A stretch of DNA of 32,000 nt from Chamaesiphon minutus PCC 6605 (GTDB lineage: Bacteria; Cyanobacteriota; Cyanobacteriia; Cyanobacteriales; Chamaesiphonaceae), in NCBI RefSeq assembly GCF_000317145.1, contig NC_019697.1:5785889-5817888 (forward strand). The letters are read 5' to 3'. The translations under genes and the position numbers were made by a program. The notes under the pieces are model-generated. The model did no database searches, was not told the DNA's origin, and saw nothing but the letters and a program-made list of their open reading frames with translations. The stretch's first letter is position 1. Every line of letters begins with the position of its first letter. Below are positions 9,563-18,180 of the stretch, one piece after another.

Positions 9563-9765
9563 GAAGTGTGGGATTGCAGATTGCGAACTGGGGATTGCGG
9601 ACTGAAACTCGGCTCAAAATGCAAGTGATACTTGCACGATTTCTAAAAGCTTGTTAGGATGTAAATGCAAGCGTTACTTGCAACGCCTCTTTCTACTATA
9701 CCTAGAATCAGGCATTAGGTATTAGGTATTAGTTATTAGGGGAAATATTCTCAGTCGGGAATTCA

Positions 9766-9856
9766 GACCTAAAGCCCAAAGCCTAAAACCTCAAAACCAA
9801 AGCCTAAAGCCTAAAGCCTAAAGCCTAAAACCTAAAACCTAAAACCTGAAACCTAA
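9766..9856. repeat. Degenerate CTAAAGC/CCTAAAA heptanucleotide repeat tract
   Basis: ...gacctaaagcccaaagcctaaaacctcaaaaccaaagcctaaagcctaaagcctaaagcctaaaacctaaaacctaaaacctgaaaccta, ending 3 nt before the desC ATG. Confidence 0.9.
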
Positions 9857-9859
9857 ATT

Positions 9860-10711
9860 ATGACTGCTAATTTGTTAGAGAAGCGCGAACATAGCTCGCA
9901 GCAGCAGGAAACGGCACCATTAAGTTGGACGAACGTCTTCTTTTTTGGCTCTTTTCATCTAATTGCCCTAGCCGCACCGTGGTATTTTAATTGGTCGGCA
10001 CTAGGAACGGCAATCTTGCTGCATTGGCTGTTCGGATCGATCGGGATTTGTTTGGGCTTTCACCGTTTGCTTACGCATCGCAGCTTCCAGGTACCCAAAC
10101 CGCTCGAATATGTCTTTGCCACCCTCGGTGCCTTAGCACTTCAAGGCGGCCCGATTTTCTGGGTAGCTGGACATCGCCAGCACCATTTGTACACCGAAGA
10201 CTGGGACAAAGATCCCTACTCGGCAAAACGAGGCTTCTGGTGGAGTCACATGCTGTGGATTTTCTACCCCAAATCCAACTTCTTCAACCTTGATGAGTAC
10301 AAAAAAGCGGCACCAGATTTAGCTAAAGATGCTTACTACCGTTGGCTGGATAAATATTTCTTGTTCTTACAAATTCCTGTTGCGCTGCTATTGTATGCGA
10401 TCGGCGGTTGGTCATTTGTAATTTACGGCGTGTTCGTGCGGGCTGTGATTCTGTGGCACAGCACTTGGCTGATCAATTCTGCCAGTCACATCACTGGCTA
10501 TCGCAGCCACGAATCGGATGACAACTCGCGCAATCTCTGGTGGGCGGCTCTGCTCACTTATGGCGAAGGCTGGCACAACAATCACCATGCTTATCCCAAT
10601 GTCGCTAAAGGTGGTTGGCAGTGGTGGGAAATCGACATGACTTGGTGGTCGATTCAATTATTACAGAAGCTCGGTTTGGCAAAACGCGTAATTTTACCAC
10701 CGACTAATTAG
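9860..10711 (+). CDS. desC: Delta-9 acyl-lipid/acyl-CoA desaturase
   Basis: His boxes HRLLTH, HRQHH and HNNHH (GEGWHNNHHAYP); hydrophobic segments; typical cyanobacterial DesC pattern. Confidence 0.88.
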   Translation: MTANLLEKREHSSQQQETAPLSWTNVFFFGSFHLIALAAPWYFNWSALGTAILLHWLFGSIGICLGFHRLLTHRSFQVPKPLEYVFATLGALALQGGPIFWVAGHRQHHLYTEDWDKDPYSAKRGFWWSHMLWIFYPKSNFFNLDEYKKAAPDLAKDAYYRWLDKYFLFLQIPVALLLYAIGGWSFVIYGVFVRAVILWHSTWLINSASHITGYRSHESDDNSRNLWWAALLTYGEGWHNNHHAYPNVAKGGWQWWEIDMTWWSIQLLQKLGLAKRVILPPTN

Positions 10712-10764
10712 TCTTTGATTTCAGCTAGTCTGCCACCTGTGCGGACTTTAATATAAAGATCGAA

Positions 10765-10798
10765 GGGAGGGGCAATTGATGAATTGTCCCTCCCTTTT
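10765..10798. terminator. Bidirectional intrinsic terminator between convergent desC and tetR
   Basis: GGGAGGGGCAATT (10765-10777) / AATTGTCCCTCCC (10782-10794), 13-bp stem with one G-T pair, 4-nt loop, followed by TTTT. Confidence 0.8.
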
Positions 10799-11393
10799 AT
10801 CTCATCGTGGCTAAACTGTTGATGTATTGATGTAAATGCTCGATCGCTCGATCGAGATACAGATCGGTGCCGTATAATTTGCTCATCATAATGGCACCCT
10901 CGATCGTGACCAGAATAATTGTCGAAACTTGTTCGCGATCGATAGTATCGAGGATTTCATTTTGGCGAATGCCTAGCTCGACAATGCTATCGATCGTCGC
11001 GCGAATCTCATTGACAGCTCCTTGGACGTGCAGTCGCAATCGGGGATTGGTATCGTCGCTTTCGACAGCAGTATTCAAAATCGGACATCCACCCACCGCG
11101 ATTGGCTCTGTGGTGAAGCCGCGAAAAGTATCGATAAAAGCATTCAATCGATCGATCGCCGTATTGGCCGCGCCTACTTTGGCCATAACAGCTTCTAGAA
11201 TCAATCCCAGCGTATAGTCAAATGCGGCAACTGCGATCTCTTCTTTACTTTTAAAGTGATGATAAAAACCACTTTTTCGCAATCCACTCAGCTTCATAAT
11301 TTCGCTAATGGAAGAGCCTGCGTAACCATTTTGGTTGAAACTAATTGCAGCTTTTTCGATAATTATTTGCTTTGTCTGTTTGGCTTTCGACAC
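10797..11393 (-). CDS. TetR/AcrR family transcriptional regulator
   Basis: KQIIIEKAAISFNQNGYAGSSISEIMKLSGLRKSGFYHHFKSKEEIAVAAF HTH; C-terminal VGGCPILNTAVES motif of the LmrA/YxaF/NemR-like subgroup. Confidence 0.85.
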   Translation of the reverse strand: MSKAKQTKQIIIEKAAISFNQNGYAGSSISEIMKLSGLRKSGFYHHFKSKEEIAVAAFDYTLGLILEAVMAKVGAANTAIDRLNAFIDTFRGFTTEPIAVGGCPILNTAVESDDTNPRLRLHVQGAVNEIRATIDSIVELGIRQNEILDTIDREQVSTIILVTIEGAIMMSKLYGTDLYLDRAIEHLHQYINSLATMR

Positions 11394-11513
11394 TGCAATT
11401 AAACTGACTTTTGAAATATTAGTTAATATTTTACTGCGATCTAAATAGTCATGTCAATCTCGCTAGCTAGTTTTCAGGAGATTAGTCATAGCAGAGAGAC
11501 CCCCAGCTAAAAC

Positions 11514-12158
11514 TCAAGTTATCTCTAGTTGCACTCGACAGAATCGACAGATCTCTTGCCAAATCTGCTCGCTAAGGTCGGTAAGCTGATGGTCGCTATC
11601 CCACTCTAACAGCTCTACCCACTCCCGTCCTTTAGCAAAATCGTGGCTAGCAGAAATCGGAATTACATCATCATGAATGCCATGAATAATTAGAGTGGGC
11701 AGGACACGATCGATCGCAGAAAGAGGATATTTACGAGTGTCAACAAGGAAATCGTAATGTAGGGGTAATAGACTTTTGACAGCATGATGATAAATGGGCA
11801 GATAGCCAGTAGATTGCCACGAATTTAACGCTTTTTCGCCAATTTTCGGTAGCCAATGATACGGAAAATCAAACGCAGGTGCAAGTAATATCAATTTTTC
11901 AACATGCACATAATCTTGCGCGATAATTGTTGAGATCCAGCCGCCTAAACTCGAACCAATTAGGGTAATTGGTGAGCCATCTGTGGGAAACAGATCGACA
12001 ACTTGAGCGATTTGTCGAGAAATGGTCAAATGAGTAAAGTCATCCCGATTGAGATCGGGGACTTGTAACTCAATCCCAATGCTGGCAAACCGTTCGCGAA
12101 TATATCTAGCTTTGGTGGAACCAGGGCCAGATGCAAAACCGTGTAAGTAGATATACAT
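11514..12158 (-). CDS. YqiA/YcfP-like alpha/beta hydrolase (putative esterase)
   Basis: MYIYLHGFASGPGSTKA, TLIGSSLGGW nucleophile elbow, LIIHGIHDDVIP and final SDHQL. Confidence 0.85.
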   Translation of the reverse strand: MYIYLHGFASGPGSTKARYIRERFASIGIELQVPDLNRDDFTHLTISRQIAQVVDLFPTDGSPITLIGSSLGGWISTIIAQDYVHVEKLILLAPAFDFPYHWLPKIGEKALNSWQSTGYLPIYHHAVKSLLPLHYDFLVDTRKYPLSAIDRVLPTLIIHGIHDDVIPISASHDFAKGREWVELLEWDSDHQLTDLSEQIWQEICRFCRVQLEIT

Positions 12159-12171
12159 TTGCTATGGGAGT

Positions 12172-12199
12172 AAAAACGGAAATAATTTACCCCGTTTTT
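12172..12199. terminator. Hairpin downstream of the 12251..12718 gene
   Basis: AAAAACGG (12172-12179) / CCGTTTTT (12192-12199), 12-nt loop. Symmetric T/A runs allow use from either strand. Confidence 0.4.
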
Positions 12200-12250
12200 G
12201 TCCATAACAGACGAACGAGATAAATAACTCAAGTATCTACTATCCACTAT

Positions 12251-12718
12251 TTAGCGACCGTTACTCCGATTTTGACGGCGTTGTTGGATTAACTGCTGCC
12301 ATTTGACACGCTGTTCGGGAGTGAGAATCTCTCGAATTGCCAGCGTATTCTCAAAGTTGGCATCGGCAATCTCGCGCTGCAACGTTTGCACCTGTTGGCG
12401 TTTTTGACGCACCAAATCGGCACTCGCATTGCTCTGAAGCAGTTGGTTGAGTTCCTGTCTGGCTGCTTGCAACGCTTGACGGCGTGCTTGGGTTTTACCC
12501 CGAGCATTTTTCTGGATTTGTTGGAGCCGCCGGATCTGATCGGGTGAGAGGTTGAGTTCTTTTACTAGATTACCCACTCCACCTGCGGGAATCTTAAGTT
12601 CGTTATTAGTCGATCGATTATTATTCTGAGACAGTAGTAGCTCGGCGCGTGTGGGCGAAATGGTTGTAGCGAGCGTGAATAAAATTGGCAAGAACGTCAG
12701 CAGCCGAAAGCGAGACAT
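12251..12718 (-). CDS. Exported CpxP/Spy-like (LTxxQ-type) protein
   Basis: Signal peptide FRLLTFLPILFTLATTISPTRA; LNLSPDQIRRLQQIQKN and ILTPEQRVKWQQLIQQRR repeated Spy/CpxP-type motifs. Confidence 0.65.
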   Translation of the reverse strand: MSRFRLLTFLPILFTLATTISPTRAELLLSQNNNRSTNNELKIPAGGVGNLVKELNLSPDQIRRLQQIQKNARGKTQARRQALQAARQELNQLLQSNASADLVRQKRQQVQTLQREIADANFENTLAIREILTPEQRVKWQQLIQQRRQNRSNGR

Positions 12719-13085
12719 AGGAATTCGATCGAGGTTGATAATATGATTAGACTGAGGCAGAATCTAAAAAGTTCACTCTGGTAGTCTACAGCGTAAATTT
12801 AGTACTATTTAGCGGGGAGCGGGGGAAAGAAATAGTTGGTTGATTTCTGCCGCTTAATACTAGTGATTATCGATCGGGTGTAAGATTTTGACGGTAAATA
12901 AGAGCGAACATCGATACTCGCGCCCAAATGCTACGCCACTGATTCGTCACTCCCCACTCCAGCTATCCGTGCAAAATCCTGGGTAAAATAGATCCAGTAC
13001 CGCATCGATCGAAGCCCGATTTGGCACAGCCGACGCTTCGCGATCGCATATTACTGTCAGAAATATAGAATTTCCGGGGATACCC

Positions 13086-14894
13086 ATGTCTAACGCCGAA
13101 CAGCCAGAGAAAATCCATCTACCCAAAACCAGCGAATCGGAAACCCTCAAAAAAATTAGACACACCACCTCCCATATCATGGCGATGGCGGTACAGAAGC
13201 TGTTTCCCAAGGCTCTGGTGACGATCGGCCCCTGGATCGAAAATGGGTTCTACTACGATTTTGATAGCCCTGATGCCTTTACAGACAAGGATCTGAAGAC
13301 AATTCAGAAAGAGATGATTAAAATCGTCAATCAGAAATTGCCAGTCGTGCGGGAAGAAGTCTCTAGAGCCGAAGCCGAGACTCGAATTTCCGCACTCAAC
13401 GAACCCTACAAATTAGAAATCCTCGCCGGATTACAAGAACCGATTACCCTCTATCACCTCGGCGATAAGTGGTGGGACTTGTGCGCGGGGCCGCATCTAG
13501 AAAATACTGGCGATCTCAATCCCAAAGCCTTTAAACTCGAAGCAGTAGCAGGTGCTTACTGGCGTGGTGATGAAACCAAGGCGCAATTGCAGCGCATTTA
13601 CGGTACTGCATGGGAAACTCCCGAACAGCTTGCCGAATACGAACGCCGCAAGGAAGAAGCAATCCGCCGCGATCACCGCAAACTCGGTAAAGAACTCGGT
13701 TTATTTATCTTCTCCGATCTCGTCGGCCCTGGGCTGCCATTATGGACGCCCAGAGGCACATTATTGCGGAGTATCCTCGAAGACTTCCTTAAAAAAGAGC
13801 AGACTAAACGTGGATATTTACCTGTCGTTACGCCGCATATTGCCAAAACCGATTTATTTATGAAGTCGGGACACAGGCAGAAATATAAGGAAGATATGTT
13901 CCCCATTATGGCGGACAATCTCGAAGATATCGCTGCCGACAATGGCTTTGTGATGAAGCCGATGAATTGTCCGTTCCACATTCAAATATATCAAAGTGAA
14001 TTGCGTTCCTATCGGGATTTACCGATTCGATACGCGGAATTTGGCACGGTTTATCGGTACGAACAATCCGGCGAACTCGGCGGATTAACTCGCGTGCGCG
14101 GCTTTACAGTCGATGATTCGCACCTATTTGTAACTCCCGAACAATTAGATGCAGAGTTTCTCAGCGTTGTCGATCTGATCCTGTCGGTATTTGAGAAACT
14201 GCGCCTAAAAAACTTTAAAGCACGGTTGAGTTTTCGCGATCCAGATTCTGATAAATATATCGGTACGGATGATACTTGGAACAAAGCCGAAAACGCGATT
14301 CAACGTGCTGTTGAAAAGTTGGGAATGCCACATTTTATCGGTATTGGCGAAGCAGCTTTTTATGGCCCCAAACTCGATTTTATCTTTAGCGATGCACTCG
14401 ATCGCGAGTGGCAATTGGGTACAGTTCAGGTAGATTATATTCTCCCCGAACGATTCGAGCTAGAATACATCGACGAACACAGCAGCCGTCAACGTCCGGT
14501 AATGATTCACCGCGCGCCATTCGGTTCGCTCGAACGGTTGATCGGGATTCTAATCGAAGAGTATGCTGGTGATTTCCCACTATGGATGGCTCCAGTCCAA
14601 ATGCGTTTGGTTGCAGTAGCTCAAGATTTCTTGCCCTTTGCTAAAGATGTTTGTGCGAAGTTAGTTGCCCTCGGCGTGCGCGCTGAAGTAGATACTAGTA
14701 ACGAACGCTTGGGTAAGATGATCCGCAATGCAGAGAAGGCCAAAATTCCCGTTGTGGGCATCGTCGGTGGTAAAGAGGTAGAAGACAACACGATTAGCAT
14801 TCGCACTCGGATTGGGGGCGAATTAGGAGCGATTGGCGTTGATGAAGTAGTGAAGAGAATTGTGGATTCGATCGGGAATTTTAGCGATTTCTAA
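13086..14894 (+). CDS. thrS: Threonyl-tRNA synthetase
   Basis: HTTSHIMAMAVQKLFP, GPWIENGFYYDF, MKPMNCPFHIQIY, RVRGFTVDDSHLF, PILIEEYAGDFPLWMAPVQM-type anticodon-binding start. Full-length 602 aa. Confidence 0.97.
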   Translation: MSNAEQPEKIHLPKTSESETLKKIRHTTSHIMAMAVQKLFPKALVTIGPWIENGFYYDFDSPDAFTDKDLKTIQKEMIKIVNQKLPVVREEVSRAEAETRISALNEPYKLEILAGLQEPITLYHLGDKWWDLCAGPHLENTGDLNPKAFKLEAVAGAYWRGDETKAQLQRIYGTAWETPEQLAEYERRKEEAIRRDHRKLGKELGLFIFSDLVGPGLPLWTPRGTLLRSILEDFLKKEQTKRGYLPVVTPHIAKTDLFMKSGHRQKYKEDMFPIMADNLEDIAADNGFVMKPMNCPFHIQIYQSELRSYRDLPIRYAEFGTVYRYEQSGELGGLTRVRGFTVDDSHLFVTPEQLDAEFLSVVDLILSVFEKLRLKNFKARLSFRDPDSDKYIGTDDTWNKAENAIQRAVEKLGMPHFIGIGEAAFYGPKLDFIFSDALDREWQLGTVQVDYILPERFELEYIDEHSSRQRPVMIHRAPFGSLERLIGILIEEYAGDFPLWMAPVQMRLVAVAQDFLPFAKDVCAKLVALGVRAEVDTSNERLGKMIRNAEKAKIPVVGIVGGKEVEDNTISIRTRIGGELGAIGVDEVVKRIVDSIGNFSDF

Positions 14895-14904
14895 AGATCG
14901 ATTC

Positions 14905-14935
14905 GGAGTGAGGCGAATTTAATGCACCTCACTCC
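14905..14935 (+). terminator. Hairpin just downstream of thrS (possible terminator, no long U-tract)
   Basis: Perfect 9-bp stem GGAGTGAGG (14905-14913) / CCTCACTCC (14927-14935), 13-nt loop, 10 nt after the thrS stop. Confidence 0.45.
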
Positions 14936-15014
14936 AGAATATAATTTCTGTAGTAGGATAATCACCAGATAATAACAGCCTACAGAGATCGCCTTTTATC
15001 AATTTTTTGATACC

Positions 15015-15322
15015 TTGACCATCAATATTTTCAACAGCCTCTACCACTACACTACCGAATACGGCCTGCTCGCTATTATAGAAAGTGGAGTGCTTCGGCC
15101 TTCGTTAACTAAGCCAAATGGGAGAGATGTCTTGTTAGGTGAAGGTCAGTATTTTACAAGTATTGCGCCAGAAACGATCGCTAAGAACTAGGTGGAATGG
15201 GTTTGTGCGATCGGCAACTAACAGAATCAGACATACAAATAGCCGCTGTCATCGATCTGAATGAATTTGAATCAGTCTGGAAATTGTCTAGTCAAGATCG
15301 GTACTCAAGTGCTAAATTTTAA
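15015..15322 (+). pseudogene. Likely remnant of a HYD1-like ADP-ribosyltransferase (polymorphic toxin-type) gene
   Basis: Frame 15015..15191 (TTG start, TAG stop): (M)TINIFNSLYHYTTEYGLLAIIESGVLRPSLTKPNGRDVLLGEGQYFTSIAPETIAKN*. A second frame continues to 15322 (...MGLCDRQLTESDIQIAAVIDLNEFESVWKLSSQDRYSSAKF*). The YHYT...I..G.L.PS......GEGQYFT.I.P pattern is characteristic of HYD1-type ARTs. Confidence 0.45.
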
Positions 15323-15328
15323 ATTTTT

Positions 15329-16306
15329 ATGACCGAAACAACCGCGAATAAATTGCCTTCACCCGTAGTAATTGACTTACTTAGTAATGATGGTGCCAAT
15401 GCACTAGCAGGAGATCGCGAACAAAATCTCAAAACGATCGCGCGTCAAACGGGAGCGAAACTGGTATTGCGCGGACAGGAATTAATTATCGATGGCATGG
15501 CGGCAGAAATCGATCGGGCGAGCCAGTTAATCGAGCTACTACAGCCCTTGTGGCAAGTGGGTAAGGCAATTTCATCTGTAGATGTTCGGGCAGCCTTACA
15601 AGCCTCAGCAACGGGCGGAGAAACGCAACTAAAATCGATGCAAACTGAGGTACTGGCGACTACTCGCAAGGGCGATCGCATTCGACCGAAAACGGCGGCT
15701 CAGTGGCAATATATTCAAACCATCCGCCAGCACGAGCTGACATTTTGTATCGGCCCTGCGGGGACAGGTAAGACATATCTAGCGGCAGTTCTAGCCGTTC
15801 AAGCTTTATTAAATGGCGAATGCGAACGCTTGATTCTGACGCGTCCCGCCGTCGAAGCTGGCGAGAAATTAGGCTTTTTGCCAGGAGATCTCCAGCAAAA
15901 GGTCGATCCATTTTTACGCCCGTTATACGATGCTTTGCATGAATTTATCGATGCCGATAAAATTCCGTTGTTAATCGAGAAAGGCACGATCGAAATCGCC
16001 CCTTTAGCATACATGCGCGGACGCACTTTGAGTAATGCGTTTGTAATTGTAGATGAAGCGCAAAATACCACTCCCGCACAGATGAAAATGCTGCTAACGC
16101 GGATTGGCTTTCGATCGAGAATGGTCGTCACTGGCGATGTTACCCAAACCGATTTACCCTCTTTTCAAACATCGGGATTAGTCGTCGCTCAACGCATTTT
16201 ACAAAATATCGAGGGGATTGGTTTTTGTTACTTTAATAAAAGCGATGTCGTCCGTCATGCCTTGGTAGAGCGGATCGTCGCTGCTTACGAGCAGGCAGAG
16301 GGTTAG
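15329..16306 (+). CDS. PhoH-like ATPase
   Basis: Walker A FCIGPAGTGKTYLA; LILTRPAVEAGEKLGFLPGD; NAFVIVDEAQNTTPAQMKMLLTRIGF; TGDVTQTDLP. Confidence 0.93.
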   Translation: MTETTANKLPSPVVIDLLSNDGANALAGDREQNLKTIARQTGAKLVLRGQELIIDGMAAEIDRASQLIELLQPLWQVGKAISSVDVRAALQASATGGETQLKSMQTEVLATTRKGDRIRPKTAAQWQYIQTIRQHELTFCIGPAGTGKTYLAAVLAVQALLNGECERLILTRPAVEAGEKLGFLPGDLQQKVDPFLRPLYDALHEFIDADKIPLLIEKGTIEIAPLAYMRGRTLSNAFVIVDEAQNTTPAQMKMLLTRIGFRSRMVVTGDVTQTDLPSFQTSGLVVAQRILQNIEGIGFCYFNKSDVVRHALVERIVAAYEQAEG

Positions 16307-16309
16307 GGT

Positions 16310-16918
16310 TTAGGCTTTTTTAGTTGCTAGTCCATCTAATAAAAAACCGACAAATACCGATGCAACCCCGTCATCGATCGAGGTGTTTTCTGGTAACAAC
16401 ATATTGGTTTGATAAGCGATCGAAATTACCGCGACTCCATGCACCATCGCCCAGATCGATTTCGTCATTTGGTGCGGATCGCCAGCAATTAAGGTGTGAT
16501 TTTCTTGCCCAGATTTAACCAGCTCGAATAAGCAGTTGAGGGCTACTTGCGAGGCTGCTAGCAAGCTCGGATATTTCTCGACTTCATAGGGACGAAACAT
16601 CACTTGCAAGTGGTTGGGACGATCGAGTGCAAAGCGGATATAGGCATTGCTGGCGGCAATTAATCGTCCATAAGTACTAGTATCTGCTGTCGCGATCGCC
16701 GACTCGATTTCCATTGCTAGTAGCCTAAAGCCTTCTTCGGCAATCTCTGCTAGCACGGCTTCTTTGTCGGCAAAATGCATATATGGTGCATTGTGGCTCA
16801 CCCCAGCTCTTTGCGCCATTTTCCGCAAACTGAGCGCGTGGGTACCTTCCTCTGCTAACAGTTCGGTGGCGACTTTTATTAACGTGTTGCGTAAATTTCC
16901 ATGATGATATTTAGCCAT
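16310..16918 (-). CDS. TetR/AcrR family regulator with WHG-type C-terminal domain
   Basis: HGNLRNTLIKVATELLAEEGTHALSLRKMAQRAGVSHNAPYMHFADKEAVLAEIAEEGFR, then SIWAMVHGVAVI. Confidence 0.88.
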   Translation of the reverse strand: MAKYHHGNLRNTLIKVATELLAEEGTHALSLRKMAQRAGVSHNAPYMHFADKEAVLAEIAEEGFRLLAMEIESAIATADTSTYGRLIAASNAYIRFALDRPNHLQVMFRPYEVEKYPSLLAASQVALNCLFELVKSGQENHTLIAGDPHQMTKSIWAMVHGVAVISIAYQTNMLLPENTSIDDGVASVFVGFLLDGLATKKA

Positions 16919-16933
16919 TTGCCGCTCCTTATA

Positions 16934-16974
16934 TTGACAGTGCCAATATGCAAGCGTTATATTGACACTGTCAA
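16934..16974. promoter_or_regulatory. Tandem palindromic operator, probably for the adjacent TetR regulator
   Basis: TTGACAGTGCCAATAT (16934-16949) and ATATTGACACTGTCAA (16959-16974) are inverted copies with one mismatch; each half contains a TTGACA(C/G)TG(T/C)CAA palindrome. Lies 15 nt upstream of the tetR start, in a divergent promoter region. Confidence 0.75.
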
Positions 16975-17052
16975 CTTAACATGTCTTTGTCGCCCGTGTT
17001 TGACGACAACGATCGCCACTAAGTTGGTTAGTGCCACACTGGAGGTAATGTC

Positions 17053-17463
17053 ATGAAGTTTAGTCACACGCTGAAAACGGCTGCTACACCAGAACGGATT
17101 TGGGCAATCTGGATCGATGTCGAAAATTGGTCGCAATGGGACACCGAATTAGTTGATGCCGATCTGGATGGTGCCTTTGTGCTGGGTGCGATCGGGAGAT
17201 TGAAGCCAAAAACAGGGCGAGTTAGTAAGTTCGAGATCTCGCAATTTAATCCCGGTAAGAGCTATACCTTTACGATCGGACTACCATTATGTAGTTTACA
17301 GGTGCATCGCTATTTGAGCGATCGAGTAGATGGGACATACTTCACCCACGAAGTATCATTTCAAGGGTTGCTCGGCTGGTTATTTGGCTTATTATTAGGC
17401 CGCAAGTTTCAATCGGTATTGCCCAGCGTGATGGCAAATGTAGCGCGAATTGCCGAAAGTTAG
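17053..17463 (+). CDS. SRPBCC (START-like) superfamily protein
   Basis: KFSHTLKTAATPERIWAIWIDVENWSQWDTELVDADLDGAFVLGAIGRLKPK: typical polyketide-cyclase/SRPBCC N-terminus. Confidence 0.8.
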   Translation: MKFSHTLKTAATPERIWAIWIDVENWSQWDTELVDADLDGAFVLGAIGRLKPKTGRVSKFEISQFNPGKSYTFTIGLPLCSLQVHRYLSDRVDGTYFTHEVSFQGLLGWLFGLLLGRKFQSVLPSVMANVARIAES

Positions 17464-17535
17464 CGTCGGCTCGATCGCCGTGGAGATGAATCCAGATGCG
17501 GTATACTTATTGGGGTTGACAAGTTTTAAAAAGTT

Positions 17536-18177
17536 TTGGGAATCGACCTGCGTAGTTACGTTTTTATCGATCGGTTGCAACGCCAACATGCTGCATATTT
17601 GGGGACTGAAGCCCAAGGTTTTTTGCCATTGCCAGCAGATTCCTCATTGTGGATCGAAGTTTCGCCTGGGGTCGAAATCAACCAAATGATGGACATCGCC
17701 CTCAAATCTGCCCAAGTCAGACCAGGAGTGCAGATCATCGAGCGGTTGTATGGATTGATGGAAATTCATGCTAGCAGTCAGGGTGACGTTCATGCCGCCG
17801 GACAGGCGATTTTGGCATATTTGGGAGTACGCCAGTCTGATTGTCTCAAGCCGCGCGTCATTTCGAGTCGGATCATTCGCAATATTACCGCCCATCATAC
17901 TCAGATGATCAACCGCAGTCGGCGGGGAAATATGATTCTGGCGGGACAAACGCTATATGTGTTGGAAGTAGAGCCTGCGGCATATGCGGCAATTGCAGCC
18001 AATGAAGCCGAAAAATCTGCATCGATTAATATCCTCCAAATTTCGGCTGTCGGTGTATTCGGGCGGCTATATTTGGGTGGTGAAGAACGGGATATTAAGG
18101 CGGCGGAGGCGGGAATTTTGGCATCGTTAGAGAGCTTACCGGGGCGTCCGTTTCCAGACAATGCGAAGCAGGAGTAG
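17536..18177 (+). CDS. ccmP: CcmP-like tandem BMC-domain carboxysome shell protein
   Basis: [91 protein letters not shown]; second half [59 protein letters not shown] start. Confidence 0.8.
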   Translation: MGIDLRSYVFIDRLQRQHAAYLGTEAQGFLPLPADSSLWIEVSPGVEINQMMDIALKSAQVRPGVQIIERLYGLMEIHASSQGDVHAAGQAILAYLGVRQSDCLKPRVISSRIIRNITAHHTQMINRSRRGNMILAGQTLYVLEVEPAAYAAIAANEAEKSASINILQISAVGVFGRLYLGGEERDIKAAEAGILASLESLPGRPFPDNAKQE

Positions 18178-18180
18178 GAA

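Noticed and set aside
12947-13210. 87-aa minus-strand ORF overlapping the thrS start
   Set aside because: Overlaps the conserved thrS N-terminus on the opposite strand and has no family resemblance.
14937-15110. Open minus-strand frame reading ..HSTFYNSEQAVFGSVVVEAVENIDGQGIKKLIKGDLCRLLLSGDYPTTEIIFWSEVH*
   Set aside because: Looks protein-like but has no start codon, and overlaps the plus-strand frame that matches the HYD1-type ART pattern much better.
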